A stretch of 64,000 nt of DNA from a bacterium (lineage in GTDB: Bacteria; UBA8248). A program made the translations under genes and the position numbers. Of this stretch, positions 48,779-58,562 are shown piece after piece; position 1 is the first letter of the stretch; the number at the start of each line of letters is the position of its first letter. The stretch is taken from the NCBI GenBank assembly GCA_965207065.1, contig OZ242260.1:192001-256000 (forward strand), read 5' to 3'. The notes under the pieces were generated by a model. It saw only the letters and a list, made by a program, of their open reading frames with translations, was not told the DNA's origin and ran no database searches.

Positions 48779-49654
48779 TCACATGTGCGGCCACACCGGG
48801 TCCGTCCGGTTGCCGAGCGGACCGGAAGGGTGCTCTTCCAGGTAATCGTAGATGTTGCCGAGCCCTCCCTTTCTCAGCATGGTGAGGCGCTCGCCCAGGT
48901 GATCCATGCTGTTCAAGTCGGTCTCATACACCTCGAACACCTTGTCCTGCACTTCCTCGCGGCTGAGTCCCCCGTTCTTGAGGACCCTGACCTTATCTAT
49001 CAGCTCATGGAGCTTCTCGCGCTGGCGGGGTATCTCGTTTTTTTGACAAGGCCTCCCGTGCCCGGGCACGTACCAGTCCACGTCCAGGGCTTCGAGCACG
49101 CCCAGCGACTGGAACCAGCCCCACACGTCGGCGGAATGGCACGCCACGTTGAATGCGGGCGTCAAGTTGTCCGCCGTGAAGGCGACGCGATCATCCACCG
49201 CGTGGACGACCGTCTGCCCGCGCGTGTGGCCGGGGGATTCGATGAGGATGAACGTCTTGCCGCCCAGGCGTATCGTCATGCGCCCCTTGTAGGTGATGTC
49301 GGGGGGCCTGAGCTCGAAACCATCGAGCAGCGCCTCGTTCTCGGGGTCATACTTGAGCATGCGCTCCTTGCCATCTTCCGGCGTGGCGATGGAGGTGTAG
49401 AAGTCCGCATAGGTGATCTCGCTCGAAATGATCCGCTCGGGCTGCAAGAACCAGTTCGCCGCGATGTGATCCTGATGGTGCTCGGTATTGACGAGATAGC
49501 GAAGCGGGCCCTTCTCGGCGACAAATTCGCGCCAGGCGATGGCTTCCGAGGGCCGCATGGGGCCGTCTATCGCGATGACGCCGTCATCCGTCACCACCAT
49601 GCCCAACGTCGGGTAGCAATCATAAAAAAATACGTTGTCGGTCAACTGTTCCAA
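48779..49654 (-). CDS. MBL-fold metallo-hydrolase (cyclase-like)
   Basis: NTEHHQDH, PGHT, FTAD and VPGHG. Confidence 0.88.
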   Translation of the reverse strand: MEQLTDNVFFYDCYPTLGMVVTDDGVIAIDGPMRPSEAIAWREFVAEKGPLRYLVNTEHHQDHIAANWFLQPERIISSEITYADFYTSIATPEDGKERMLKYDPENEALLDGFELRPPDITYKGRMTIRLGGKTFILIESPGHTRGQTVVHAVDDRVAFTADNLTPAFNVACHSADVWGWFQSLGVLEALDVDWYVPGHGRPCQKNEIPRQREKLHELIDKVRVLKNGGLSREEVQDKVFEVYETDLNSMDHLGERLTMLRKGGLGNIYDYLEEHPSGPLGNRTDPVWPHM

Positions 49655-49695
49655 TCGTCCATCCTCCTGAACGGCATCCGGTAAGATAGCCTTAC

Positions 49696-50580
49696 TTAAT
49701 CATTCAAACCCGCCTCACGCTCGAACCACTCTCGTATGACACCCTGGTCGAGATCGCCCAATCCCATATCCATCGCGCCCTGGTACGCCTTCCCGACCGC
49801 GTCGATCACCGGTGCGGAAGCGCCGTTTTCACGGGCGAACTCGCGGATCAGCCCCAGGTCCTTGTGCATGAGGGCGAGGGCGAACTTCACGGGTTCATAT
49901 TCCTTTTTCCTCAGCCCCCAGCCGCGCGTGTTCATCACGCGGAACACGGTGCTCGAATAGAGATATTCCATCATCTGGTCCGGGTCCAGGCCCGACTTCA
50001 CTCCGAGGGTGAACCCTTCCGCCAGAGCGCATAGCTGGGCCGAGACGAGATGGTTCGTGATGAGCTTCATCCTGAGTCCCGATCCGTTGGGGCCGAAATA
50101 ATCGAGCAACTCGCACGCGGAATCAAGCACCGCGCGATGCGCGTCCAGCACCTCTTTCTCTCCTCCCACCATGAAGCCGATTTTCGCATCGCGCGCGATG
50201 ATGGCGTTTCCGCTGATGGGGGCGTCCAGGAAATGAAAGCCGCGGCTCGCGGCCTCTTCGGCGACGGCAATGCTCTCCTCGGGCAGGATGGTGGAAAAAT
50301 CGAAACACACAGCACCTTCTTTCGCTGTGAGCAGCGCGCCCTTCTCGCCCAGGTAGGCGTCGCGCACGTGCTCTCCTTTCGGGACCGAACTGCACACATA
50401 GTCCGCCTCCCGGGCCGCCTCGGCGGGAGATTCGAAGACGGGGATGCCGGCTTCTTTCGCCGCCTCCTGCGCCGCCGGACTCGGGTCGCAGCCCACGACT
50501 TCGAAGCCCGCCTTCTTCATATTCGCGGCGACGGCCCCGCCCATGTTGCCGAGCCCTAGAAATGCGATTCTCTTCGCCAA
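49696..50580 (-). CDS. 3-hydroxyisobutyrate/beta-hydroxyacid dehydrogenase family
   Basis: FLGLGNMG, FLDAPISG, catalytic Lys in MKLITN, and KDL. Confidence 0.92.
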   Translation of the reverse strand: MAKRIAFLGLGNMGGAVAANMKKAGFEVVGCDPSPAAQEAAKEAGIPVFESPAEAAREADYVCSSVPKGEHVRDAYLGEKGALLTAKEGAVCFDFSTILPEESIAVAEEAASRGFHFLDAPISGNAIIARDAKIGFMVGGEKEVLDAHRAVLDSACELLDYFGPNGSGLRMKLITNHLVSAQLCALAEGFTLGVKSGLDPDQMMEYLYSSTVFRVMNTRGWGLRKKEYEPVKFALALMHKDLGLIREFARENGASAPVIDAVGKAYQGAMDMGLGDLDQGVIREWFEREAGLND

Positions 50581-50592
50581 ACCCGCTCCTCC

Positions 50593-51678
50593 TCAAGCGC
50601 CATATCGCCGTATGGCCTCCTCAGAAAATTCCACTCCGTGTCCGGGGACGTCCGGAACCTCCATGCAGCCGCTCACAACGGGAAACTCCCGCGTCAGGGT
50701 ATCGGGAGGAAGCATCTCCACGTACTCCACCATGTAGCCACTCGGCGTCGCCGCGAGAAGGCTTAACGATACCTCCTGCAAGAGATGCGCGCACAGCGAG
50801 AGGTTGTAGGCTTCGGCCAGATGAGCCGCCTTGCGAAATTCCGTCACCCCGCCGCAGCGGCCCACGTCGGGCTGCAGGAACGCCGCCGCCCTTCTCTCGC
50901 AAATCTCCCGGAAACCCCAGCGCATGTATGCGTTTTCTCCCGCGGCGATGGGCACGGGACTTCTTTCGGCCACTTCCGCCAGATCGTCCACCGAATCGGC
51001 GAGTACGGGCTCCTCGAACCAGCGCACGTCGTATTCGTCGAGCATCGCGGCCACCTCGAGCGCCTCGCGCGGGTTGTACTTCTGGTTCGCGTCCGTGAAC
51101 AGGACGACCGAATCGCCCACCTCATCGCGCAAGAGGCGGACCCGCTCCTCATCCCGGTTGGTACCCAGCTTCAGCTTGTACGCGCTGATGCCCTTCTCCA
51201 TGAAGCCCATGCACTCATCCACCATCTCGGCGTCGGTGAACGTGAGCCAGCCCCCACTGCCGTATACAGGCACCTCGTTCCTGAAGCCGCCCAGAACGCG
51301 GGAGAGAGGCAGCCCCGCCGCCTTGGCGAGCGCGTCCCAGCAGGCGGTATCCACCGCGGAGAGCGCCTGCACGCCCAGCCCGCCGCGCATCCTCGGCTTG
51401 TTCGGCCCCCAGAGGCGCGCCCAGAGCGCCTCTGGCGCCAAGGCGTCCTGCCCCACCGCCAGCGGAGCCAGTTCTTTTTCGATGTAGGGAACAAGGGTCG
51501 TCGAGGTCTCCCCGCCCAGGCCCATCACGAAACCGCAGCCCGTCGGGCCGTTTTCGGTGTGGAGAAAGACCACCAGGTAATCGAGTTCCGACTTCGTGCT
51601 GTTGGCGCTTCCTATCGCGCGGGCGAGTGGCACTTTGAGCGATTTCGCCTCTATCCCTGATATCTTGAGTTCAGCCAC
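50593..51678 (-). CDS. Mandelate racemase/muconate lactonizing enzyme family
   Basis: SAVDTACWD, KLK, DANQ, FEEP, AGEN, QPD and PGHG. Confidence 0.92.
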   Translation of the reverse strand: MAELKISGIEAKSLKVPLARAIGSANSTKSELDYLVVFLHTENGPTGCGFVMGLGGETSTTLVPYIEKELAPLAVGQDALAPEALWARLWGPNKPRMRGGLGVQALSAVDTACWDALAKAAGLPLSRVLGGFRNEVPVYGSGGWLTFTDAEMVDECMGFMEKGISAYKLKLGTNRDEERVRLLRDEVGDSVVLFTDANQKYNPREALEVAAMLDEYDVRWFEEPVLADSVDDLAEVAERSPVPIAAGENAYMRWGFREICERRAAAFLQPDVGRCGGVTEFRKAAHLAEAYNLSLCAHLLQEVSLSLLAATPSGYMVEYVEMLPPDTLTREFPVVSGCMEVPDVPGHGVEFSEEAIRRYGA

Positions 51679-51777
51679 CCGTCATACTCCGTGAAAGCTC
51701 TCGCTACGATACAGCAAAACAAAGGCTGCGGAGGCTCAATGCAAGCCCCCGCAGCCTTAGGCAACGAACCAAATAAC

Positions 51778-52788
51778 CTAGTTCATCTTCATGCTGGCCA
51801 GCGCTTTGGTGAGCGGGCCTCTCTCGATGCCTTCACCCCCTGCGAAATCGGGCAGGCGCCGAATCTTGCCGCGGCCCTTCTGCACCTTGGCCGTCGCGTT
51901 GAGCGCGTTGATGATGCGCGGCGTGATCTTGTACAGCGGACGCACCACGTTGATGGAGCGCCTGGCGATGGAGTAATCCACCTTGCGGCCCTTCGCTGTC
52001 AGCCACTTGTGATAGACCTTGGCGAATTTGTCGGGGTCTTTCTTCCAGAGGTTCGCGGACTTGAGGTAGGCGCGCAGATACTTCACCACGCCCCCGGGGT
52101 TGCTCTTGAGCGTCCTGGGGTTCGCGAGTTCGATGAAGATCATCGCCGGCGGATTGTCGTACTTGCAGTAATCCACGATGGGACGGCCCCATTTCTTGTC
52201 CGCGAGACGGAACGAGGTGGGCGCGCCGATGACCATTGCGGAAACCACCTTTGCCCGGAAGGCGGAGAGCCGCTCCGCCGTGGTGGTGTTCATGATCTTG
52301 ATGTCTTTCGGCTTCATCCCGAACGCGGGCAGGATGCCGTTGTCCAGCACGAAGTGGGTGGACGTGCCCTTCTTCTCGGCGATGGTCTTGCCCTTGAGAT
52401 CGGCCACCGTCTTGACCGGAGAATCGGGCGGCACCCAGATCGAGATGGATTTACACCATGAGGAACTGGCGGAAACCATCACCAGGCCCGCCTTTTTCGC
52501 CACCCCGTCCACGTAGGGCCGCGTGGCGCCGTGGCCCACGTCGAGACTGCGCGAGAGCAGCGCCTCGATGACGAGCTTGCCCTGCGCGAATACTTTCACG
52601 TCCCAATTGCCTTTTCCGAACTCCTCATCGAAATAGCCCATCCCCATGGCGACCGCCGTGAAGGAGCCGAACGTCTGGCGGTGCATGCCGATGCGGAACT
52701 TGGCCGCCTCGGCGTCCGTCGCCTGGAAGCCGACCGGCACGAGGCTCAATGCAAGAAACAGACTTAACAACCCGAACCACTTTCTCAT
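51778..52788 (-). CDS. ABC substrate-binding protein, SsuA/TauA/NrtA-like (orphan)
   Basis: Signal peptide from MRKWFG; SPVKTVADLKGKTIA..GTSTH; RBS AGGAG. Confidence 0.88.
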   Translation of the reverse strand: MRKWFGLLSLFLALSLVPVGFQATDAEAAKFRIGMHRQTFGSFTAVAMGMGYFDEEFGKGNWDVKVFAQGKLVIEALLSRSLDVGHGATRPYVDGVAKKAGLVMVSASSSWCKSISIWVPPDSPVKTVADLKGKTIAEKKGTSTHFVLDNGILPAFGMKPKDIKIMNTTTAERLSAFRAKVVSAMVIGAPTSFRLADKKWGRPIVDYCKYDNPPAMIFIELANPRTLKSNPGGVVKYLRAYLKSANLWKKDPDKFAKVYHKWLTAKGRKVDYSIARRSINVVRPLYKITPRIINALNATAKVQKGRGKIRRLPDFAGGEGIERGPLTKALASMKMN

Positions 52789-52916
52789 CTTGTTTCTCCT
52801 CTCGGAAAATGAAAATGGATTGCTTACCTCACGAAAGCGTGAACGCTTATTTGAACTGGATGGCCAAAGTATGCCACAGACGAGATTTCGTTGCATCCGA
52901 CAAGCGCGGCCTGGCC

Positions 52917-53127
52917 GGTGTTGTTGGATAAATCCGTTTCGGAAGCGGGCGGCATGGATGTTCACTTGGCGTGGGCGGGCGCGATGGTTTTGTAGGGACA
53001 ACCCTCCGTGGTTGTCCTGCCCCCATGGTCGTACTTCGTCAGGACAGGCACGGAGGCCTGTCCCTACGGTGAACAATTCGATGATCAGGATTCCCTCCCT
53101 CCTCGGAGGGACTTTTTCTACAGCCCC
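52917..53127. mobile_element. MITE-like element with GTAG REP pair
   Basis: GGTGTTGTTGGATAAATCC ... GGACTTTTTCTACAGCCCC; internal GTAGGGACAACCCTCCGTGGTTGTCC / GGACAGGCACGGAGGCCTGTCCCTAC. Confidence 0.68.
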
Positions 53128-53195
53128 GATGAATGAGCGTTTACGCGCCTACTCAGGATGAGGGTGGGGTGTCGAACGCCCGCGCAGCGCCCGCC

Positions 53196-54011
53196 TCAAA
53201 GCCGCATCAAATCCTCACCGGCGATGATGGGTCCGTTGAAATATGGGGCTATCGCCTCGCGCACCTTGTCGTTCGGCGCCAGGGGAGGAACGACGTGGGC
53301 GAAAACGAGCTGGCCGACGTCGGCCTCGCTAGCCGTTTTTCCGACTTCTTCCGCCGTGGCGTGATGAGCCGCCACAATCTTCGCCGTGGCTTTGAAACTC
53401 CCGAACCTCTCGTCAATCAACTCCGGCAGGCAGGGGTGCATCACCAGCACGTCCGCCCCTCGCGCCAGGGGAACCAGCTTATCCGTTGGGCTGCCGTCGC
53501 TCGCGATGACGATTTTTCTCCCCTCCGCCTCGAACGCGTAGGAGATGATGTCGTCCACGTTCCCGTGGCGCGTGCCCTTCTCGGCGCGGATGGCGATGCC
53601 ATCCACCTCGATCGAATCGCCGGGCTCAAGGACGGACACCTCGATATCGGTTCCCGCCCTGGGTTTTCCCTCCTCCGCCCTCAGATCGATGTCGTACTCG
53701 TAATAGCGGAGCATCCGCTCGACTATCTCCTCGACGGGTGACGGCCCGTAAACCTTGAGCGGCGTCGATGCGCCCATGATCCACCGCGAGATGAAGAACT
53801 CGCCGAAGCCGGTGTAGTGATCGGAGTGAAAATGCGTGAAAAACAGGTGGTCCACACCGCTCACGTGAAAACCCGATTTCATGATCTGGGTCGCGGCGTG
53901 GCGGGCGGCGTCCACCAGGTAGAGTTTCCCGTCTTTCACGACCGCGTTGCACGGGCCGCTTTTCTGAGGGGTCGGCGGCGGCGCGCCCACGCCCAGGAGT
54001 ATGAGTTCCAA
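53196..54011 (-). CDS. MBL-fold hydrolase, RNase Z/AtsA-like
   Basis: ILLGVGAP, LVDA, FTHFHSDHYTG, HHAT and GEDLM. Confidence 0.88.
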   Translation of the reverse strand: MELILLGVGAPPPTPQKSGPCNAVVKDGKLYLVDAARHAATQIMKSGFHVSGVDHLFFTHFHSDHYTGFGEFFISRWIMGASTPLKVYGPSPVEEIVERMLRYYEYDIDLRAEEGKPRAGTDIEVSVLEPGDSIEVDGIAIRAEKGTRHGNVDDIISYAFEAEGRKIVIASDGSPTDKLVPLARGADVLVMHPCLPELIDERFGSFKATAKIVAAHHATAEEVGKTASEADVGQLVFAHVVPPLAPNDKVREAIAPYFNGPIIAGEDLMRL

Positions 54012-54122
54012 AACAGGGTTTCCTCCCCTTCACGAAAGTGGATATGTGTCTTGCCGGAACGGATTCTTGTAGGTATTCTTGCGCGAATATCCTCACTCAC
54101 GTCAACCAGAAGAGAGGCCGCC

Positions 54123-54989
54123 ATGGATCGTCTGTCCGAACACCTGTACGCAGAGACCGCCTACGACTGGGCGAACGTGGGCGCCGCCGTCACGGAAAGC
54201 GGCGTCGTCCTCCTCGACTCCCCGGTTCGGCCGAGCGATTCGCGCAAGTGGCAGGAAGAAGTCTCTTCTTTAAGTCCGCTGGGCGTGCGCTACCTCATCG
54301 CCACCGATTATCACGGCGACCACACGACGGGCTCCTCCTTCATCGAAGGGGACGTCACCCGCATCGCCCCCCAATACGTCTACGATGAAATATCGAAGGG
54401 CGACAACGCATTCTCGAAGGAAATCTTCGTGAAGACGCTCCGGGATCTCGGCTTCAACGAGGAGGCGGATGAAATCGAAAACGCCGCCGTGCCGCTTCCC
54501 CAGTTCTGCTTCGAGGACAACCTCACCCTGCATCTTCCGCCGCTCACGTTCGAGATTCACCGCAAGGGGGGCCACTCCCCCGCCTGCACGTCCGTCCTCG
54601 TGCCCGAGGAGGGCGTACTCTTCGCCGGCGACGTCGTCATCAACGGCCCCTCGGCCGGCATGCGCGACGCCTTCGTGCAGGAATGGATAGACGCGCTCGC
54701 CTGGGTGGAGGGCCTCGATATCGAGACCATCGTCCCCGGCCACGGCGAAATATGCGGCAAGGAAGTGGCCACGAAACTCAAAAATACCCTGAGCGGAATG
54801 ATGGAGATCATGGTCGAGGTCGTCTCCGGGGGTAAAGAGAAAGCCGAAGCCACGGAGGACCCGAAATTCATGAAATATTTCCACGCCGACGAAACGCGCG
54901 GCGAATACTGGCTCCAGCAGAGAAAAGAAACCTTCCGCGATGGTCTCGAACGCCTGTACGACGAGGTCGCCGCGCAGCGGGGGTTGTAG
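54123..54989 (+). CDS. MBL-fold metallo-hydrolase (cyclase-like)
   Basis: ANVGAAV, ATDYHGDH, GGHS, FAGD and VPGHG; RBS AGAGG. Confidence 0.88.
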   Translation: MDRLSEHLYAETAYDWANVGAAVTESGVVLLDSPVRPSDSRKWQEEVSSLSPLGVRYLIATDYHGDHTTGSSFIEGDVTRIAPQYVYDEISKGDNAFSKEIFVKTLRDLGFNEEADEIENAAVPLPQFCFEDNLTLHLPPLTFEIHRKGGHSPACTSVLVPEEGVLFAGDVVINGPSAGMRDAFVQEWIDALAWVEGLDIETIVPGHGEICGKEVATKLKNTLSGMMEIMVEVVSGGKEKAEATEDPKFMKYFHADETRGEYWLQQRKETFRDGLERLYDEVAAQRGL

Positions 54990-55291
54990 AAATAGTCCTG
55001 ATCTCGTGATTTGGCGTATGTAATCGACAGACGAGAGAGAAGACAACACAATCCCTCTCGCCTTGGTCGGGATTGACCCCTTGAGGGGGCCGCTGAAAAA
55101 GTCCTGCAATGCCGGTATGGCGGCGACGGGATACCACCTTGCCGGAGGGAATGTAGGGGTCGCATATATGCGACCCGTATGCCTCGAACGGGGAGGGCCG
55201 CATATATGCGGCCCCTACAACAAAAACGGAAATGATGCCGAAATGACGGCGGTGATCAAATCCGAGCGAGGAGAGGTTTTCCAACAACCCC
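54980..55291. mobile_element. Composite MITE-like element F (two left ends, at 54980 and 55086; one right end)
   Basis: GGGGTTGTAGAAATAGTCC; GGGGCCGCTGAAAAAGTCC; REP pair as in D and E; GGTTTTCCAACAACCCC. Confidence 0.75.
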
Positions 55292-55337
55292 GCAGGGATA
55301 GAAGCCTGTTCCACCAACATCCGAAAAGGAGACTTCA

Positions 55338-55766
55338 ATGAGAGTAGAAGAGAGGAAACTGGGCCGCATCTTCCGCGTTACGCTCGAGGCCGGCGATAAT
55401 TTCTATACGAATTTATGCAACCTCGTGAAGGAGAAGAACATTCGCGCGGGTTCGGTCTTCCTCATCGGCGCCCTCGCCGAGACGGACATGATATCGGGCT
55501 TCAAGAGCATGGACGGCTACGACGTCGACCGGCTGCACTTCGAGGGCTGGCGCGAACTCGTGGCGCTCGGGAACATCACCTGGCCGGACGAGCCGCCCCT
55601 CGCTCTGGGCGACGTAACCTGGGACGAACCCCAGCCCTACGTCCACGTGCACATGGCCATCAGCGGCGGACCGGGCGAGCCGGAAAAGGTTCTGGCGGGC
55701 CACCTGAGCGACGGCACCATCAAGGGCGGCATGGTCGTCGAAATCTACGAGCACCTGGACGCCTAG
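55338..55766 (+). CDS. PPC/DUF296 domain protein
   Basis: LIGAL, ELVALGNI, YVHVHMA and AGHL. Confidence 0.85.
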   Translation: MRVEERKLGRIFRVTLEAGDNFYTNLCNLVKEKNIRAGSVFLIGALAETDMISGFKSMDGYDVDRLHFEGWRELVALGNITWPDEPPLALGDVTWDEPQPYVHVHMAISGGPGEPEKVLAGHLSDGTIKGGMVVEIYEHLDA

Positions 55767-55811
55767 AGCGGTTCGTCCGCCGCTGCGGACGGATTTTCGC
55801 CGAAAGAAACG

Positions 55812-56960
55812 ATGAACGACACGCCCCTCGAAAACCTCCCCTTCGCGCCCAGCGAAGACCCCTTCGTCGTGGAGCACGGCGGTTTCTACCGCCGGTGGTT
55901 CTCCATGATCGAGGACCTCGAAGAGTTGAAAGACGCCGTGGCGTCTCTCAAGGGCACGACCGACGACCTCTGGGTGCCCCTCTGGAGCGGGATTGGAGCG
56001 CGCTATGAACGAGAAGCGGAGGAGCTCGCCGCCCAGGGAGAGACAACCGCAGCGCGAAATAAATTCCTCCTCGCCAAGACCTACTACAGCCTTGCGCGGT
56101 TTCCCCGCCCTCTGACCCCGCTCAAGGAACAAGCCAACCAGGACTGCATTCGCGCTTACTTGAGAGCGTGTGAATCCCTGGACCCGCCGCTCGAAGTCGT
56201 AAGCGTGGAGTGCGAGGGTGAGCGCATCACATCCCACTTCCGCGCGCCGAAAGACGCGAACGCGGATAACCCCGCGCCCGCCGTCCTCATCATGTGCGGC
56301 GGGGACATGTTCAAGGAAGACCGCGGCTGGGCGGGCGGGATGGCCCTGGAACACGGCCTGGCCTCCCTGGTGATGGACGGTCCAGGGACGGGGGAGAACC
56401 CCTTTCCCTACGAACCGGAATCCGTCTCGGCGTGGAAGGCGGCGGTGGACTATCTCGCCGCGCGTCCCGAGGTGGACGGGGGGCGCATCGGCGCGTTCGG
56501 CATCAGCCGGGGCGGACATTCGGTGATGCTGCTCGCGGGCTCTTATCCCGAGAAGGTGCGCGCCGCCGTGGCGAGCGCGGGCCACCACTTCGGCTACCGC
56601 ATGACGGAGGCGGAGATGGAGAACTACGTCGCCAACAGGAACAGGCGGGCCGCCTACATATTCGGCGCGCCGGGAGACGGGCCATCGTTTCCGCCCACCA
56701 CGGTCGAGCAGGAAGAGGCGCTGTTCCGGCGCTGGTCGCTGAGCGAACTGGGGCTGGTGGAGAAAATCGTCTGCCCCGTCCTGATGATCAACGGAAAACA
56801 GGATCACCTCGCCCCTATCGGGAACATCTACTACATGCTCGAACACGGCCCCGTGACCGGCAAGGAGGCGCGCGTCTATCCGGATGATGGCCACTGCGCC
56901 TTCAAGCACTTCGCCGAGTGGGCGCCCGAGTCGTTCCGGTGGCTGAGGGAGAGGTTGTAG
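55812..56960 (+). CDS. Alpha/beta hydrolase, FrsA/DUF1100-like
   Basis: DGPGTG, nucleophile GISRGG, NGKQD and DGHC. Confidence 0.88.
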   Translation: MNDTPLENLPFAPSEDPFVVEHGGFYRRWFSMIEDLEELKDAVASLKGTTDDLWVPLWSGIGARYEREAEELAAQGETTAARNKFLLAKTYYSLARFPRPLTPLKEQANQDCIRAYLRACESLDPPLEVVSVECEGERITSHFRAPKDANADNPAPAVLIMCGGDMFKEDRGWAGGMALEHGLASLVMDGPGTGENPFPYEPESVSAWKAAVDYLAARPEVDGGRIGAFGISRGGHSVMLLAGSYPEKVRAAVASAGHHFGYRMTEAEMENYVANRNRRAAYIFGAPGDGPSFPPTTVEQEEALFRRWSLSELGLVEKIVCPVLMINGKQDHLAPIGNIYYMLEHGPVTGKEARVYPDDGHCAFKHFAEWAPESFRWLRERL

Positions 56961-57042
56961 GCAATCGGGCGGACACGCCGGTCACCGGACGGGCAAGGGG
57001 GCTGTCCGCTGCCAAGAAAACCACGCAAATCGAAACGAGCCT

Positions 57043-57292
57043 TTAGGGGCGTCGAACTTCCTGAAGAGGGGAGTTCGACCGTGGCCGCTCGTGGTCCGCC
57101 TTTGGCCGTCATTCCGGCGCATGCCGGAATCCAGGGGTTTCTCATTTCCTTTATCTTCTGTCGCATTTCCGCCAATGTGAGGGCATGAAACGCCGCATAT
57201 CTCCAATCCCATCGGCTCTGGATTCCGGCTTTCGCCGGAATGACGAACAATACCGAACCGCCTCGAAAGGACAGGTCGCGACCTGTCCCTAC
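57043..57292. repeat. Cluster of three different REP-like hairpin types
   Basis: GTCGAACTTCC..GGGAGTTCGAC; inverted pair GTCATTCCGGCGCATGCCGGAATCCAG / CTGGATTCCGGCTTTCGCCGGAATGAC; GGACAGGTCGCGACCTGTCCCTAC. Confidence 0.75.
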
Positions 57293-57507
57293 GAAACCAT
57301 ACAAATAAAACGAAGCCGCAGAAGGGTGGTCTCCAAAACCGCCCTACCCCGTGGCCATCCACGATTCGTTGTTGACCGCAATCGCTGCATCCTCTTCATC
57401 GCGCCGCATGGCCGCATCGCCTGAAAACGATGTATAATCCCGCCACCGCACCGGCCGCCTGGTGCCGATCGTTTCTTCATTCCATTTCTCAAAACCAGGA
57501 GACAGCC

Positions 57508-58395
57508 ATGGAGCGCAGACAAGCGAGTGATTTCGACCAGGAACTGCTGGACCTGTTCGACGAGTACGTGCACGGCATCATCGAGCGCAGGGAGTTTCTC
57601 GACAGGGCGGCCAAGTTCGCCGTGGGCGGCCTCACCGCCGCCGCCCTGCTGGATATGCTCTCGCCCGATTACGCGCTGGCGAAACAAGTCGAGGAGAACG
57701 ACGCACGCATCAAGGGGCAGATGATTGAATACGCCTCTCCAAAAGGACACGGGAAGATAAAAGGCTATCTCGTCCGGCCCGCCGGCGGGGGCAAGCGCGG
57801 CGGCGTGGTCGTCGTGCACGAGAACAGGGGCCTGAACCCCTATGTCGCGGACGTGGCCCGCCGCGTGGCCGTGGCCGGCTACACCGCGCTCGCGCCCGAC
57901 GGACTCACCCCGCTGGGCGGATACCCCGGCAACGACCCCGACGGCAAGGTTATGCAGCGAAAGCTCGATAAGGCGAAACTCCTGCAGGATTTCTTCGCCG
58001 CCTTCGATCACCTGAAAGCCGACGCGAGCGCGAACGGCAAGGTGGGCGTGGTGGGCTTTTGCTACGGGGGCGGCGTTTCGAACGCCATGGCCGTTCACAA
58101 GCCGGACCTCGCCGCGTCCGTTCCCTTCTACGGCCGCCATCCTAAGACCGAAGCCGAGGTCGCCCGGATCAAGGCGCCCCTACTGATCCATTTCGGCGAG
58201 CTCGACGCGCGCATCAACAAGGGCTGGCCCGCCTATGAGGCCGCGCTCAAGAAACACGGCAAGGAATACACCGCGCATTTCTACCCCAAGGCGAACCACG
58301 GCTTCCACAACGACACCACCCCGCGCTACGACAAGGCGGCGGCCGAACTTGCCTGGAAACGCACGATAGACTTCTTCCGGGCGAAGCTCGTATAG
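57508..58395 (+). CDS. Dienelactone hydrolase family (YghX-like, Tat-type RREFL)
   Basis: [30 protein letters not shown] and [12 protein letters not shown]. Confidence 0.92.
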   Translation: MERRQASDFDQELLDLFDEYVHGIIERREFLDRAAKFAVGGLTAAALLDMLSPDYALAKQVEENDARIKGQMIEYASPKGHGKIKGYLVRPAGGGKRGGVVVVHENRGLNPYVADVARRVAVAGYTALAPDGLTPLGGYPGNDPDGKVMQRKLDKAKLLQDFFAAFDHLKADASANGKVGVVGFCYGGGVSNAMAVHKPDLAASVPFYGRHPKTEAEVARIKAPLLIHFGELDARINKGWPAYEAALKKHGKEYTAHFYPKANHGFHNDTTPRYDKAAAELAWKRTIDFFRAKLV

Positions 58396-58562
58396 ACCGA
58401 TTGAAGGCCGCCTCCCCCGAGAGGTGGAGGCGCCTTCTGAATTTATGCCGGACCGTTTCCACTGCCTCACACATCTGACATAATGGATTGCCATGAGGAC
58501 CCCTGTTCGGTCGAGCAGTTTCTCGGCCCCTCGTTTCCAACGAGACAGGGAATCACGACCTC

